A DNA stretch of 63,928 nt, filler included, from Octopus bimaculoides (lineage: Eukaryota): the NCBI RefSeq assembly GCF_001194135.2. It is 7 parts of 5 records of this genome, joined end to end, with 100 filler letters (N's around TTAATTAATTAA, not from the genome) between each part and the next. Parts side by side here need not be neighbours in the genome. Positions count along the whole stretch, not along the records: positions 24,737 to 31,874 come from NC_068995.1; positions 31,975 to 52,337 come from NC_068985.1; 5 more parts are not named here. The stretch is one strand, 5' to 3'. Shown here piece after piece: positions 25,677-37,724 of the stretch (within the stretch, counting starts at the first letter, position 1; the number at the start of each line of letters is the position of its first letter). The notes below the pieces were generated by a model. It did no database searches. It was not told the origin of the DNA and saw nothing but the letters and a program-made list of their open reading frames with translations. The translations under genes were made by a program, and so were the position numbers.

Positions 25677-26254
25677 GTACATACATATATATATTGTATA
25701 CATATATATCTTAATAATTATATATATCTTTGTGTATATATATATATATATATATATCAAAACGCCTAGTTTAGAATAGAGGCAGCTGATGAAGGAAAAA
25801 TTCCATAAGTAGCTCGTCTGTTTTCCTATGTGTTCGTTATGCTGTCTGTAAACAAAGTCGTGGTATATTGAAGCGATTTCCAATCAGAAGATGGGTCCAG
25901 TGTAATCCGTGGGTAGGAGAGGTGCAGCCGGAGGGTATATAAAGTGTGTGTGTGTGTGTGTTTATACATATATGTATATACACACACACACATCTTATTT
26001 TGCAGTGTAGACGCTGCATGGCGAAAAAATAGCCTGACTCTAACCCTAACTCTTGTTTGAAATTGTAATTCTTAGAACAAAAAAAGAAAAAATGGATTTA
26101 TCCAGGCCTCGTCCACACAGTCGGGCAGCGTCTGGCGAACACACGCTAAATGCCTGTTATTAGTGAAAATTAGCGGGCAAATCATTCGAATGTTCATATC
26201 TGTCGTTGAGCGAAATTACCAGACAATGGAAATCTAATGTTTTTTTTTTCTGTT

Positions 26255-26645
26255 TGTTTCTGTTGATACTTTTTGAGCAAACTTCGTTCTTGTTTGCAAA
26301 CTGAAACGGAAACATCAACGACCATTTCCTCTCAAATAATTCACTTCTGTGTTTGCTGCCAATTTTCTTGCTTCCAAACGGTAACCGAAAGTTCGAAGTT
26401 TCTTTAGCCTAATATCCATATTTTGAAGATTCTTCTAAGCATGGCCATTTTACTGGTACTGTGCGAAGATTATGCTTTCGTTAATTCGCGTTTTCAAATT
26501 CTTCATCATTCTTCTTCCATTGTGATTATCATCTTCTTGGGACATGGTGGTTCAATGTTTCTCTCTGCTGCTTTGTCTCCGTCTTCTTTGGCAAATTGCA
26601 CTACTTTTGAGTTTAAATGCGATATAATTATGTATCCACGATAAA
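26255..26645 (-). mobile_element. pogo-family transposase N-terminal relic (Brinker-like HTH plus CENP-B HTH)
   Basis: Minus translation across frameshifts gives AFKLK-VVQFAKEDGDKAAER...WKKNDEE...VKWPCLEE, matching the POGK/Passer-type pattern FKLKVV..A...GN.AA.R...WP.LEE. Confidence 0.65.
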
Positions 26646-26774
26646 CCTTGTATAGATGTGGAAGATAATTTGAGGGGCTGAAAACGGTAACAAATGAACA
26701 AAGTTCTAGACGCTCAAATGTAAAAAAGCAAGAAAAAACACAAGACCTATTTATTGAGATGAGAAATCAACCTT

Positions 26775-26931
26775 TCATAGTGGTTGTGTGGTAAGAAGCT
26801 TGTTTCTCAATGACATGGTTCCGGGTTCAGTCCCACTGCATGGCACATTGGGCAAGTGTCTTCGACCATAGCCTCGGGCCGACTAAAGCCTTGTGAGTAG
26901 ATTTGGTAGACGGCAACTGAAAGAAGCCCTG

Positions 26932-26935
<4 letters not shown>
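26775..26935 (+). mobile_element. SINE family A head
   Basis: GTGGTTGTGTGGTAAG...CCGGGTTCAGTCCCACTGC...GAAAGAAGCCC. Confidence 0.85.
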
Positions 26936-26969
<34 letters not shown>

Positions 26970-27978
26970 ACAGCAATAATAATAATAATAATAATAAGAA
27001 GAAGAAGAAGNNNNNNNNNNNNNNNNNNNNNNNNNNNNNNNNNNNNNNNNNNNNNNNNNNNNNNNNNNNNNNNNNNNNNNNNNNNNNNNNNNNNNNNNNN
27101 NNNNNNNNNNNNNNNNNNNNNNNNNNNNNNNNNNNNNNNNNNNNNNNNNNNNNNNNNNNNNNNNNNNNNNNNNNNNNNNNNNNNNNNNNNNNNNNNNNNN
27201 NNNNNNNNNNNNNNNNNNNNNNNNNNNNNNNNNNNNNNNNNNNNNNNNNNNNNNNNNNNNNNNNNNNNNNNNNNNNNNNNNNNNNNNNNNNNNNNNNNNN
27301 NNNNNNNNNNNNNNNNNNNNNNNNNNNNNNNNNNNNNNNNNNNNNNNNNNNNNNNNNNNNNNNNNNNNNNNNNNNNNNNNNNNNNNNNNNNNNNNNNNNN
27401 NNNNNNNNNNNNNNNNNNNNNNNNNNNNNNNNNNNNNNNNNNNNNNNNNNNNNNNNNNNNNNNNNNNNNNNNNNNNNNNNNNNNNNNNNNNNNNNNNNNN
27501 NNNNNNNNNNNNNNNNNNNNNNNNNNNNNNNNNNNNNNNNNNNNNNNNNNNNNNNNNNNNNNNNNNNNNNNNNNNNNNNNNNNNNNNNNNNNNNNNNNNN
27601 NNNNNNNNNNNNNNNNNNNNNNNNNNNNNNNNNNNNNNNNNNNNNNNNNNNNNNNNNNNNNNNNNNNNNNNNNNNNNNNNNNNNNNNNNNNNNNNNNNNN
27701 NNNNNNNNNNNNNNNNNNNNNNNNNNNNNNNNNNNNNNNNNNNNNNNNNNNNNNNNNNNNNNNNNNNNNNNNNNNNNNNNNNNNNNNNNNNNNNNNNNNN
27801 NNNNNNNNNNNNNNNNNNNNNNNNNNNNNNNNNNNNNNNNNNNNNNNNNNNNNNNNNNNNNNNNATATATATATAGTATAAAAGATACGAGGAGAATTCG
27901 TCAGAGTGGCTCAAACTAATAGGTATGAACAGTGTACTCCATTAGACAAATAAAGGGTTGGGTTCAAAATTCAACCAG

Positions 27979-28024
27979 AACACCTGATGAAGGCTGGAGA
28001 GTACACCAGCCGAAACGTTGTGAT
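27979..28024 (+). ncRNA. Minimal type-I hammerhead ribozyme (PLE pseudo-LTR type)
   Basis: CAC-CTGATGA-A-GGCTGG-agagtaca-CCAGCC-GAAAC-GTT-GTG: conserved CUGAUGA and GAAA cores, a 6-bp stem II, a palindromic minimal stem III (AACGTT), a GUU triplet, and CAC/GTG stem I. Confidence 0.7.
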
Positions 28025-28205
28025 AACAACAAACAAGGTGAGGACACCTATCCGTTCATTGTAAATAATGTATTTCAAGATATGAAGCAACAGATAGAGA
28101 CATTCCAATATATATGTGCTGAGAGCAGTAAAAGTCGGCTTCTATTTTAGGAGGATGAGCATGCATACAAAGGAGGAGAAAGAAGGGATATACAAGAAGA
28201 GATAA

Positions 28206-28245
<40 letters not shown>

Positions 28246-29031
28246 TTGTGTGTGTGTGTATCAAACCCGATACACACACATTAGCACAAAAGCTGGTGGT
28301 GGTGGTGGAGGGTTGGCTCTACATGTTTCCTCTAGACCCTCTAGAAATAGAAGGTCTCAACTCACATACAACTGAAGAAACGCTACGGATTCTGTAATCA
28401 TAAATATGCAAAATAAATGCGTTGGTCACGGCAGGGACGCCTTTAGTCATAGATCTGAACGACTATGACAGGCCAGGGGCTAACAACATCGATAAGTACA
28501 CTTCCTATGACTTTCTATAAGAGAAGACCAGAAAGGCAGATTTCAACAAACTGCAATGTATAACTGGTATTTAATCACTTCCTATCGCCTCCCACCCTCG
28601 ACCCAACATTAGTGAGACTTAAAGACAAGCTGTGAAGAACGAAGACTGTAAAGCATTTAGGGCGGTGCTTTAACATTTCTACGAGCTCACCTTCCTCTAA
28701 TTATCTTTCAAAAAGGTTTAATTCTCATAAACCCGATTCCCACCCGATCGTTCGAAGGTTTAGTTCAGTCATCCACCCGGTTAATCTTCTTTGTGAGGGT
28801 GCGACACGGCACGATAATAATATGACGTTGGCATAGAAAAAAAAAACTGTGAAAAACTCTGTGTGTGGGCGTGTGCGTTTGTGTGTATGTGTGTATGTGT
28901 GTGTATATATGTATACATATATATATATGCATATATATACACGAATGCATACAGCATACACACATACGTACATACATATACATGTAGATATATATATACA
29001 TATATATATATACATGTATATATATACATAC

Positions 29032-29086
<55 letters not shown>

Positions 29087-29359
29087 NNNNNNNNNNNNNN
29101 NNNNNNNNNNNNNNNNNNNNNNNNNNNNNNNNNNNNNNNNNNNNNNNNNNNNNNNNNNNNNNNNNNNNNNNNNNNNNNNNNNNNNNNNNNNNNNNNNNNN
29201 NNNNNNNNNNNNNNNNNNNNNNNNNNNNNNNNNNNNNNNNNNNNNNNNNNNNNNNNNNNNNNNNNNNNNNNNNNNNNNNNNNNNNNNNNNNNNNNNNNNN
29301 NNNNNNNNNNNNNNNNNNNNNNNNNNNNNNNNNNNNNNNNNNNNNNNNNNNNNNNNNNN

Positions 29360-29409
<50 letters not shown>

Positions 29410-29414
<5 letters not shown>

Positions 29415-29552
29415 TGACAACCTTCTTTCTGTTTCTGTCTCCCAAAAGGCCCGAGGTTATTGTAGGAGACACTTGACCAAAATGCTACGCAGTGGGACTG
29501 AACCCGAAACCACATGATTAGGAAGCAAACCTCTTAGTACACAGCCATACTT
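29410..29552 (-). mobile_element. SINE family A head
   Basis: GCAGTGGGACTGAACCCGAAACCACATG motif. Confidence 0.75.
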
Positions 29553-29559
29553 ATGTCTG

Positions 29560-30235
29560 TCATAGGGGTAATGATGCAACATTCCATGTGCATCTCACTA
29601 GGATGGCAACACTGTAGAGGCGTGTAACTGAATGGATCCTTATATCATTCAGAACCAGCAATAAAGATACCCTGCTATGCCTATGGAGAACGTTTGCTTT
29701 CAATCATCTGGATTATTGATCCCAATTGTGGTCACCGCATAGTGTCAAATTGGTGGCGGAACTTGAGGTAATCCAGCGCCACTACACAAAGAAGATTGAC
29801 TCGGTGAAACCGATGACTACTGGAAGAGGCTAGGCTACAAGAACCGATGCTCTACTCCCTGGAGAGAAGGGGGAAAAGGTATGCAGTGATGTACGTATGA
29901 AAGATCCTGGAAGGTCCAGCTCCCAGCTTTGGAATTCAAAGTTATACCAAGCACAAAGTGGACGGTACTGCAATAATACCAAAGATACCATTTTCTTCAT
30001 CTCGAATAAGGACTCAATATTGCAACAGCTTGGATTTCAGGGAACCACAACTTTTTAACATACTGGAAAACAAACTCAGATATTTGCGAGGTGTAGAAGT
30101 GGAAACCTTCAAAAAGTGCCTGAACAAATTTCTATCAGAAATCCCAAATGAGCCCACATCGCGATAGGACCACAAAGAAGAGCAGCTCCGTCTAATTCAC
30201 TTCTTCACCAAAAACAGTACAGAAAGGAGACCCCA
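29560..30235 (+). mobile_element. CR1-clade LINE, 5'-truncated ORF2 C-terminus, degenerate
   Basis: Translation across frameshifts: SFRTSNKDTLLCLWRT, HLDY*SQLWSP, LEVIQRHYTKKI, LYSLERR, PQLFNIL, FKKCLNKFLSEIPNEP, RAAPSNSL; typical CR1 post-RT motifs. Confidence 0.85.
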
Positions 30236-30666
30236 AAACACTGAAAGGCGGTGCTTCAGATACTGCGCTTTCCTTATAATATCCCATTTAAGGCTAAATT
30301 CGATCCCGCTTTCCTTCAGTTCCCAAATCTTGCTAGATAAGGACGTAACAATTGGCCTTACGTCTGAGTCTAAAAGATGAAAAATGGTTATTAATACGTT
30401 TTCTCATATTTATTGAACATCCTGTATATACAAAGTTACCAGCTACAGTTGTGATTGTACACTTATAGATTACGTATATATTACAGTATATATATGTATA
30501 TGTGTGTGTGTACACACGCACACAGACACATATATGTGTGTGTGTACACATGCATTTCTTTATGAGCTGTATATTTACATGGAATACAAAATACAGATTA
30601 CGAAATAAAGTAAAGAAAAATAGTATATACGCATATATATGTATAGATATAGATATAAATTGTAAA

Positions 30667-30898
30667 AGTCTTATCTCGGCAGCTGTTTAGAGGGGACTAT
30701 GGCTTATGCCTGAACTACATTCATATATAATAGATGCGCATGATTTCGCGCATGATGTTGCCATTCACCTTCCGATCAGTCACCTAGCTTCAAATTCATG
30801 TTATTACACAGCCTTGCGACATCATGCGGATCTCTTATGACTGAAGGTGGTTACGGCATAAGCCATGATGCTCCTGAAACAGCTGTCGAGATAAGACT
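30667..30898. mobile_element. MITE-like element with ~50-bp imperfect terminal inverted repeats
   Basis: Left AGTCTTATCTCGGCAGCTGTTT...ATGGCTTATGCC; the right end reverse-complements to AGTCTTATCTCGACAGCTGTTT...ATGGCTTATGCC. No coding capacity; TSD unclear. Confidence 0.7.
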
Positions 30899-31651
30899 AT
30901 TGCATAATCTTTCATTTAGTTTCTTTCTTTATTCTGTCAGGTATTTTCTATTACATGTAATCTTAAGCTTGTTTATCTCCCTTTCTATGCCTATGCATGT
31001 ATGTATACATGTGTATCTATTATGCATGTGTGCATGCGCGCGCGCGTCGCTTGTGTGTCTGTTAGAATGTCATCACGTTATAGCACTTTTAAAAATAGCA
31101 ATTAACTATTAACTGTTTGTGTGATTGTCTGCTGATGGTAGATTCAAATTTATTCTGAAGTTCAAGTTGACTACGACATCCAGTTTTGCCTCTTTGTGCG
31201 TGTATATGTATGTACGTGTGTGTGTGTGTGTGTGTTTGTGTATGCGTGTGTACGTGTGTATCTATCTATCATTATATATGTATATGCGTATATATGTGTA
31301 TGTATAGATGTAAGTATATATGTATCTATGCTTGCATGCATGGGTGTTTGTGAGTATGTGTATGTATAGATATTTCCGGTACATTTTGATAATACCTAGT
31401 TGCAGTGATTTATTTAAATTTAAAAGTTTTTGTCCTCAAGTACAATCGTAATGTTTAAATCAATTGTTATTGAAACCTGCACACACCGCAAGCATACACG
31501 TATATAAAATGGATATATACTAACACATATATAAACGCACATACACCGATCTACACATACGTTCTCACACACATTGAAACACACACACACACATATATAT
31601 TCATATGTATGCATCTCTGTAAGTATCTATGTATGTCAGTTTGTCTGTGCG

Positions 31652-31687
<36 letters not shown>

Positions 31688-31974
31688 TATGTACGACAAA
31701 TATATATATATGCATAATCATATGTATATACAATATATATATATATATATACGTATGTATATACAATATATATATATATATACGTATGTATGTATATCAT
31801 TATGCATATATATTTGTCGTATACGCACACGCACGCACATATATATATATAAATAGTTTATAAATATATATATANNNNNNNNNNNNNNNNNNNNNNNNNN
31901 NNNNNNNNNNNNNNNNNNTTAATTAATTAANNNNNNNNNNNNNNNNNNNNNNNNNNNNNNNNNNNNNNNNNNNN

Positions 31975-32565
31975 ACAGAGCTGGGACCTATATACACTGG
32001 AAGCTATGCCAACACTATGGAATAACAACAGAAAAAAGATGGTATAAACACACGCCAGAAAAGGTCACAGAAAACGAGAAAGCAACCATACTCTGGGATA
32101 TACCAATACACACAGATAGAGAAATTAAGGCAAATAGACCAGATATAGTTGTCAAAGATCATGAAGAAAAAAAATGCTTTCTAATTGATGTATCAATACC
32201 AGCAGATGACAACGTTTCCCTAAAAGAAATGGAAAAACTTACAAAATACAAAGACCTGGAAATAGAGGTAAATCGAATGTGGAATCTAAAGACAGAAACA
32301 ATTCCTATCATAGGTATAATAAAAAAAAAATATTCAGACAAATATATAACAAAAACACCAGGACTTACAAATATATATAACATACAGAAAATTGCACTAC
32401 TGGGCACTGCACACATCCTACGCAAAACACTTTCAATACAGTAACCACAAGAGCATCACAGCAAACCACAGCACATACCCAAGGCACACAGAGCTGCGCT
32501 CGGTAGTGAAGTGAAAGCACGTTATAAAAATAAAACTACTGAACAATAATAATAATAATAATAAT
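31975..32565 (+). mobile_element. R4/Dong-like REL non-LTR retrotransposon (REL family 1), 3' end with (AAT)n
   Basis: Open frame 31977-32444: IHWKLCQHY...ILWDIPIHTDREIKANRPDIVV...CFLIDVSIP...KLTKYKDL (PD-D/E-xK restriction-like endonuclease), then a ~100-nt 3' UTR and (AAT)n. The 5' side is lost in a gap. Confidence 0.9.
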
Positions 32566-32567
32566 AA

Positions 32568-33716
32568 TTTCTTTATTGACCACCAGTGCCGAACACAAAA
32601 CATTGAGAACGATACACAGACGCGGGACAGTGTAAACAGCAAACAAACACAACGATTAACAAAAAGATTAAATCAGAAATATGCTTTCCCAATAGGTGAG
32701 AGTTCCACCGTAAAGTGACCAAAGAGACATCACGCACTTTGGATCCCTCAGGAAGGCACCTTCTCTTCTCCCTCCCATCCGGCCTACAGACGCACACGCG
32801 GGCCCTTCTTGTCACATTCACGTACCTTTCAACAAATTTACCGGGTGACAACATCTGTTCACCTTTAAGGTATCGCTGGAGATATCGCAGCCTGAGCGCA
32901 TATCTGCATATCTTCAGTCACGACATGCCCAGTCCTCCACAGAACGGGTGCTGACAGCAAATGAACCACCTGACAAACGGTACCTGTCCCTTCCACAAGA
33001 AGCAGAAGAGCAAACACACCAGCCCGTTCAGCAACGAAGCTGCGGGGCAAGAGACAACAACCAGAGGCTAGTATAAGACAAACGCGATGTAAGCATTTTC
33101 CACCTCTGCCAAACCTTTTAGGGATAGCTTCCTCTCGGCTCATTTCTGGGTGAGACTAGCCACCCTGTCTGTCATCTTGCCCCAGTTTTTGTCCACTTGG
33201 AGATCAGAACCGAACCAGACCCCGAGCAACTTGAGAGGTCCTTCCGTCCAGTGCTTCACCACGCTGTCGGTTGACATGGGCCTTCCTCTCCAGGTGCCGA
33301 GCTGCAGGCCCACTGACTTCTCTTGGTTGATCATTGCTCCTGTCATCGCTTCGTATTCCCTTAGGGTAGTGCCGACCATCCCGATTTCCGAGATGGGTGA
33401 CACTATCACGGTGACATCATCTGTATACGCTGACACGAACCTTCTGCATCCAAGTTCACGCGGGATGTCCCTCATAACTTCCAGCTTCCGCAGTAATAGC
33501 TCGAGTGCGAGTACGTAGAGAAGTGCGATACTAAACGATTCCGAGAGGTGGCCATTTACTTTGACCACCGAACAGATGTCGCTGTACATTACTGCGATCC
33601 AGCCTCTGAAAACCGGACCGAAACCAGCTGTTTTGAGTACAGATAGTCGACCTATTGCAGGTTCTTTGCCAACCCTCTCTATGATGTATCGCGTGAGGTG
33701 GAAGTTGTCGCAATGC
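32568..33716 (-). mobile_element. Tx1/L1-clade LINE ORF2, RT to 3' end, with internal deletions
   Basis: AGFGPVFRGWI, VNGHLSE, LYVLALE, SAYTDDVT (YADD-like), INQEKS, KLLGVWF, FLWKG and GGLGM motifs; ends AATAAAGAAA then (TTA)n. Confidence 0.9.
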
Positions 33717-34720
33717 TTTTGACTGGTCACAGTGTACGCACTGACTGGAGGTGGGCAGCCGGAGTTCTTCAGATGCCTGGAGGCCTTTCTAGGAACGTCT
33801 CGCGATCAGAACGCCATTTTGGATGCACGAGTGGATTGGGTGGAGCTAGCAGATAGAAAAGAGGTGTGCAAGCCTTGCAAACCTGCTCAGCCGTGTCCAG
33901 CTGGCAGACAGGTTCAGACTGGATTTTCCGAACACTCCAGTGTGGACATGGGCAAACAGTGTCAGGTCATCCAGATCTTATCTAGAAAGGGTATTTTGTT
34001 GGGCAGCAGAGAGGAATAGCATAGGTTGACCACAATTTGAATTCGTCAACTACATAGACCACAAATTTGTGATCTGCACGATTAACCTAGATAGACTCCA
34101 TAAGCAGGGACCCGGATACTGGAAACTGCACGCGTCCTACCCGGCGCGTCCAGCTTTCAGAGACTGGCTTAGCAAGTTAGTCCATCGAAAGTTAACGAGT
34201 ACAGTCGTCAACAACCGATGGTAGGGGCCCTAAAATGGGCGATTAGAGTAGAAGCTGTAGAATTTAGCAGAGAACTAGCAATAAAGAAGACTAGAGTAGA
34301 GGATGACCTAGTTAGAAAATTAGAAGAGGCACTCAGTAGAGGCATAGCGACTGACGTGCTGGCAATGAGATTGGTTCTGAACCAATTCTTCAACACCAAG
34401 CATGAAGGTTTCCTTGTCAGAGCTAGGGCGCGTGCTCTAAAGCAGGAGGGAACGAAAGCCATTCGATGGGTCCGAGTGGCCGAGGCGCAAAGTGGTAATA
34501 AAACTACAATACGGTCTTTCAGTGGTACTTTGCTGAACTGCACGGGGCGCGCGGTGGTCCGGAGGCGGAAGTGACTTTCACTTCCTACCTTGATGGTATG
34601 CCGAGTCTTTTGGCCAGGGACGTGGAGTTCTGCGAAACGCCGATAACAGCTGAAGATATACGTGATGCGTTGGCTAGTTTCACGAGGGAGAGGTCTCCCG
34701 TCTGCGCATCGAACTTTATA
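33717..34720 (+). mobile_element. Inverted 5' segment of the same Tx1/L1 ORF2 (APE endonuclease C-terminal half to RT domain 0)
   Basis: Plus translation RLVTVYA, NAILDARVD, LADRFR, TW..., SYLERVF, IDHKFV, GPGYWKL, LVRARAR, CETPITAEDIRDAL..FTRERSP; this is L1-type APE and linker sequence that lies upstream of RT. Confidence 0.85.
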
Positions 34721-34722
34721 TA

Positions 34723-35330
34723 TCAGGCTGAGTAAAATGTAAGCAACGTTTTGAAATATGACATTCATCACAATATATTTCAACAATGCGGAAATTTTAT
34801 ACATCAAACTAAGTACCATTACAATCAACACATTTTTACCAACGAGTTACAAGTTTGTTTATTCCGGTAACATAAAAATCTGGAGTTCTGGAGTTGATGA
34901 AATCTTTGAATGCACTTTCAGCATCGGCTTCATTTTTGAACTCCTCTCGCAGGAACCTATCAAGGTGCTTGAAAAAGTGGTTGTCGGCATGAGAAAGGTC
35001 TGGGGAATAAACTGGACGGGGAAGAACTCGTAGCCAGTTTCCTCAACTTCTGGAGCATCATTAGTGAAACGTGTGGTCGAACATTGTCATGAAGAATGAT
35101 TGGCCCTCTTTTGTAGACCAATCTGGGACAGAGGACTATCAGTTTTCCGTTCATTTTGGCAATTTCATAGCAATGTGCTTCTGCAGTAATGGCTTTTCCG
35201 GGTTTTAAGAAGTTATAGTGGATGAGTCCAGCAGTACACCATCAAACAGTCACAATAACCTTCCTTTGGAAGAGCTTGGGTTTAGGGAAGGTTTTCGGTA
35301 CTTCATTTTGGTCCAACCAAACTAGATCCC
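34723..35330 (-). mobile_element. Mariner 3' half (cecropia/Hsmar1-like) with one TIR
   Basis: End TCAGGCTGAGTAAAATGTAAGCAACGTTTT after TA. Minus translation WLDQNEVPKTFPKPKLFQRKV, AGLIHYNFLKPG, GPIILHDNVRPH, YSPDLSHADNHFFKHLD, GINKLVTRW*KCVDCNG closely follows Hsmar1 motifs. Confidence 0.9.
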
Positions 35331-35479
35331 TCGAGATTGAATCAATGCACGCCATAACCCTGATATTTTTATCCTTATGCTCTCAATATGGGTATCAATC
35401 GTCTGCTGTTTTGAAAGGGCATGTCAGTATTTTGAATATCGGAGTTTTCGAAGAAGCACCTAAGTGTCTGCTGTTGATT

Positions 35480-35740
35480 ACATTGGGCAGACCAGCAGTC
35501 TGTCTCCGGAATGCTCAAAATAATGCGATCCAATTTCTTCGTTTGTTTTTCGAAATTGTTTACTTATTTAACCTCGCCGTCAAAACAGTCTTCAACAATA
35601 TCAGTTTCATGAGATCGCATCTTGGAAGTTTTAGTTGTCTTTCCCTTATGTTCGCTTTGAGAGTCTTATTCTTTTTCTTTCACTCATTGCTCATTCTAGC
35701 AGTTTGCTCTTGTTCTTCCTAATAGAAAATATTATCTCGA
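35480..35740 (-). mobile_element. Possible RTE-type LINE 3' relic
   Basis: IRERQLK...LILLKTVLTARL weakly resembles the RTE C-terminus; very decayed. Confidence 0.3.
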
Positions 35741-36554
35741 ACACTTAATCAAATATTTTGAGAGATTGGGGTTGCAACAATGATACTTGCTTATCACAAG
35801 ACGCTGGGCTGGCAACCTTGAGATGGGGAACAGTTACTTCCTGGTTGTCAGCTACTTTTGTTTTAATATCAGTTTCTGGTACTGAAAACAAGGCAAATCT
35901 TCATGGATAAATCTAAAACTTCTGCCACGATGCTCCCAACCCTACCCAAGTGTTTGAAAATGTTATTGTTGTTTACATTTTCGCTTCTTGTCAAAATTGT
36001 CACCGTTATTTGTCAGAAAATTTTTTCTCTCATCTATGTTTGTCGACTGAATGTTACTGGGCATGTTTTGGCTGTTTCTCATTTGTAGTATCTGCGTCAA
36101 TTTTTTTTCATGGTTTGCAAATGGTAGGCATGTTTATTTATGCTTTTACAAACACCACTGTGGAGATTACCGGTTATTACTTCTCTTGTACAAGAATCCA
36201 TATTGAATTGGGAGTAAGGGAAATGTTTACGAAATTTTAAAACGTATAATGTTAAATAAAAGCAGATTGTATTTTAAATGTTATTAAATACATATACTAA
36301 TGTATAAACATTGTGTATTTTCCGGTGACTGCAATGGCGTAGTGGACCATGTGACTGATGTTAAAACACCTTAGAGTTATAGACAAGCGAGACTGCTCAC
36401 CCTCAATCTCATTTGGGAGTGATGGATATCGATGTTTCGGCATTTTTGTGGCTTTTCAACATCACGTAACTGGTTGAAGGCGAATCGATTTATATGCTTA
36501 TGGCTTGTAAAATCATGAGCTGGTATGCCCGGAAATTGCATACCTAGGAGAAAA

Positions 36555-36856
36555 TTTACATATGAAGTAAAAGCAGTTCTGGTATGATAAATATTATTAA
36601 ATACATATACTAATGTATATGCTTTGTGTATTTGTCGGAGGCTGCAATGGCATAGCGAAATATATAACTCTCATGTCACCGGTATTAAAACATCTTAGAG
36701 TCATGTACAGGCGAGATAACTCAGCCTCCATCTGGCGACATGAGAGTTATATACTCCGATACGCCATTGCAGCCATCGGAAAATACACAAAGCATACATA
36801 TTAATATACGTACTTAATATTTATTATACTAGAGCTACTTTTACTGCATATGTAAA
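36555..36856. mobile_element. Foldback/MITE element with ~125-bp inverted arms; partial direct copy at about 36270-36400
   Basis: Left arm TTTACATATGAAGTAAAAGC...GCTGCAATGGC...TATATAACTCTCATGTC pairs with the right arm GACATGAGAGTTATATA...GCCATTGCAGC...CATATGTAAA. Confidence 0.8.
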
Positions 36857-37084
36857 GTAGATCGTATTTTTTTAGTCCAGTGAGGACGGGAGAGACACTC
36901 AAGTATTTTAAAGTCTAATTTTGGTAACATAATCAAGGAGCTTTTGTTTTTAATGCAATAAAAGGCAATAAAATCCTGAATTATTGAGAGAGCGAAGCAA
37001 ACTCTGTCACCAAAATCAAACAATAATAACAATAACGATGACGGAGAAGAAAAGAGTAAAAACAGCAACAATGACAAAAACAAT

Positions 37085-37440
37085 AATTTCTTTTATTTGC
37101 TATCAGGGCAACAGATGAGTGGGACAATACAACATAAAAACGACCAATCGAGAAACCTCCACTGTCCAAGACCTCCTTGGTGCCATCCACACTTGCCATC
37201 TTCACCACTTTCACCCACCTTTCAATAAATTCACTTGAAGACCGCCTTCCTCTCCACCCTCACTTTCCTTTTCAATTGAAACTTGAAAAAGTGGATGAGG
37301 GATCTACCAAAAAGGAATATCTCTGTTCTCATACCTTTAGGTCTCGTTCACTAAACAATCTTTTTCGCCATAGCTACCAGACAAAGAAAACCTGCCATAG
37401 CAGATCAGTGTCGAAGCAATAATCACTATGGACTCAACCG
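37085..37440 (-). mobile_element. Tx1/L1-clade LINE, extreme 3' end
   Basis: FLCLVAMAKKIV, KFQLKRKVRVER and FIERWVKV match the C-terminus of the 32568 and 60100 copies; ends AATAAAAGAAATTATT. Confidence 0.7.
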
Positions 37441-37724
37441 CTTGACCTGTATATTCTCTTTATGATACTTTATACAAGCGCTATCCTATCCCAACACAAA
37501 ACTGCGCATTTTACACCAGCACTTTCTAGTTTAAATACGCATCAAAGCACTAGAGTATCTTGTACAGACATCAGACAGACTCTTCTACTGAGCTTTGAAA
37601 TAATCATCTAAATTACACACACGCACACATTTATAAATGTACTTCGTTTAGTCTCACTTTTTTCTGTTCCCTTTTGACATTGATTATAAAATCTTTTATA
37701 CCTGTAATAGTATATTCATTTCTA

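Noticed and set aside
25783-25830. CTGATGAAGGAAAAATTCC (and CTGATGAGC at 22974) as hammerheads
   Set aside because: At 25783 no GAAA core follows the stem; at 22974 there is no convincing stem II or cleavage triplet.
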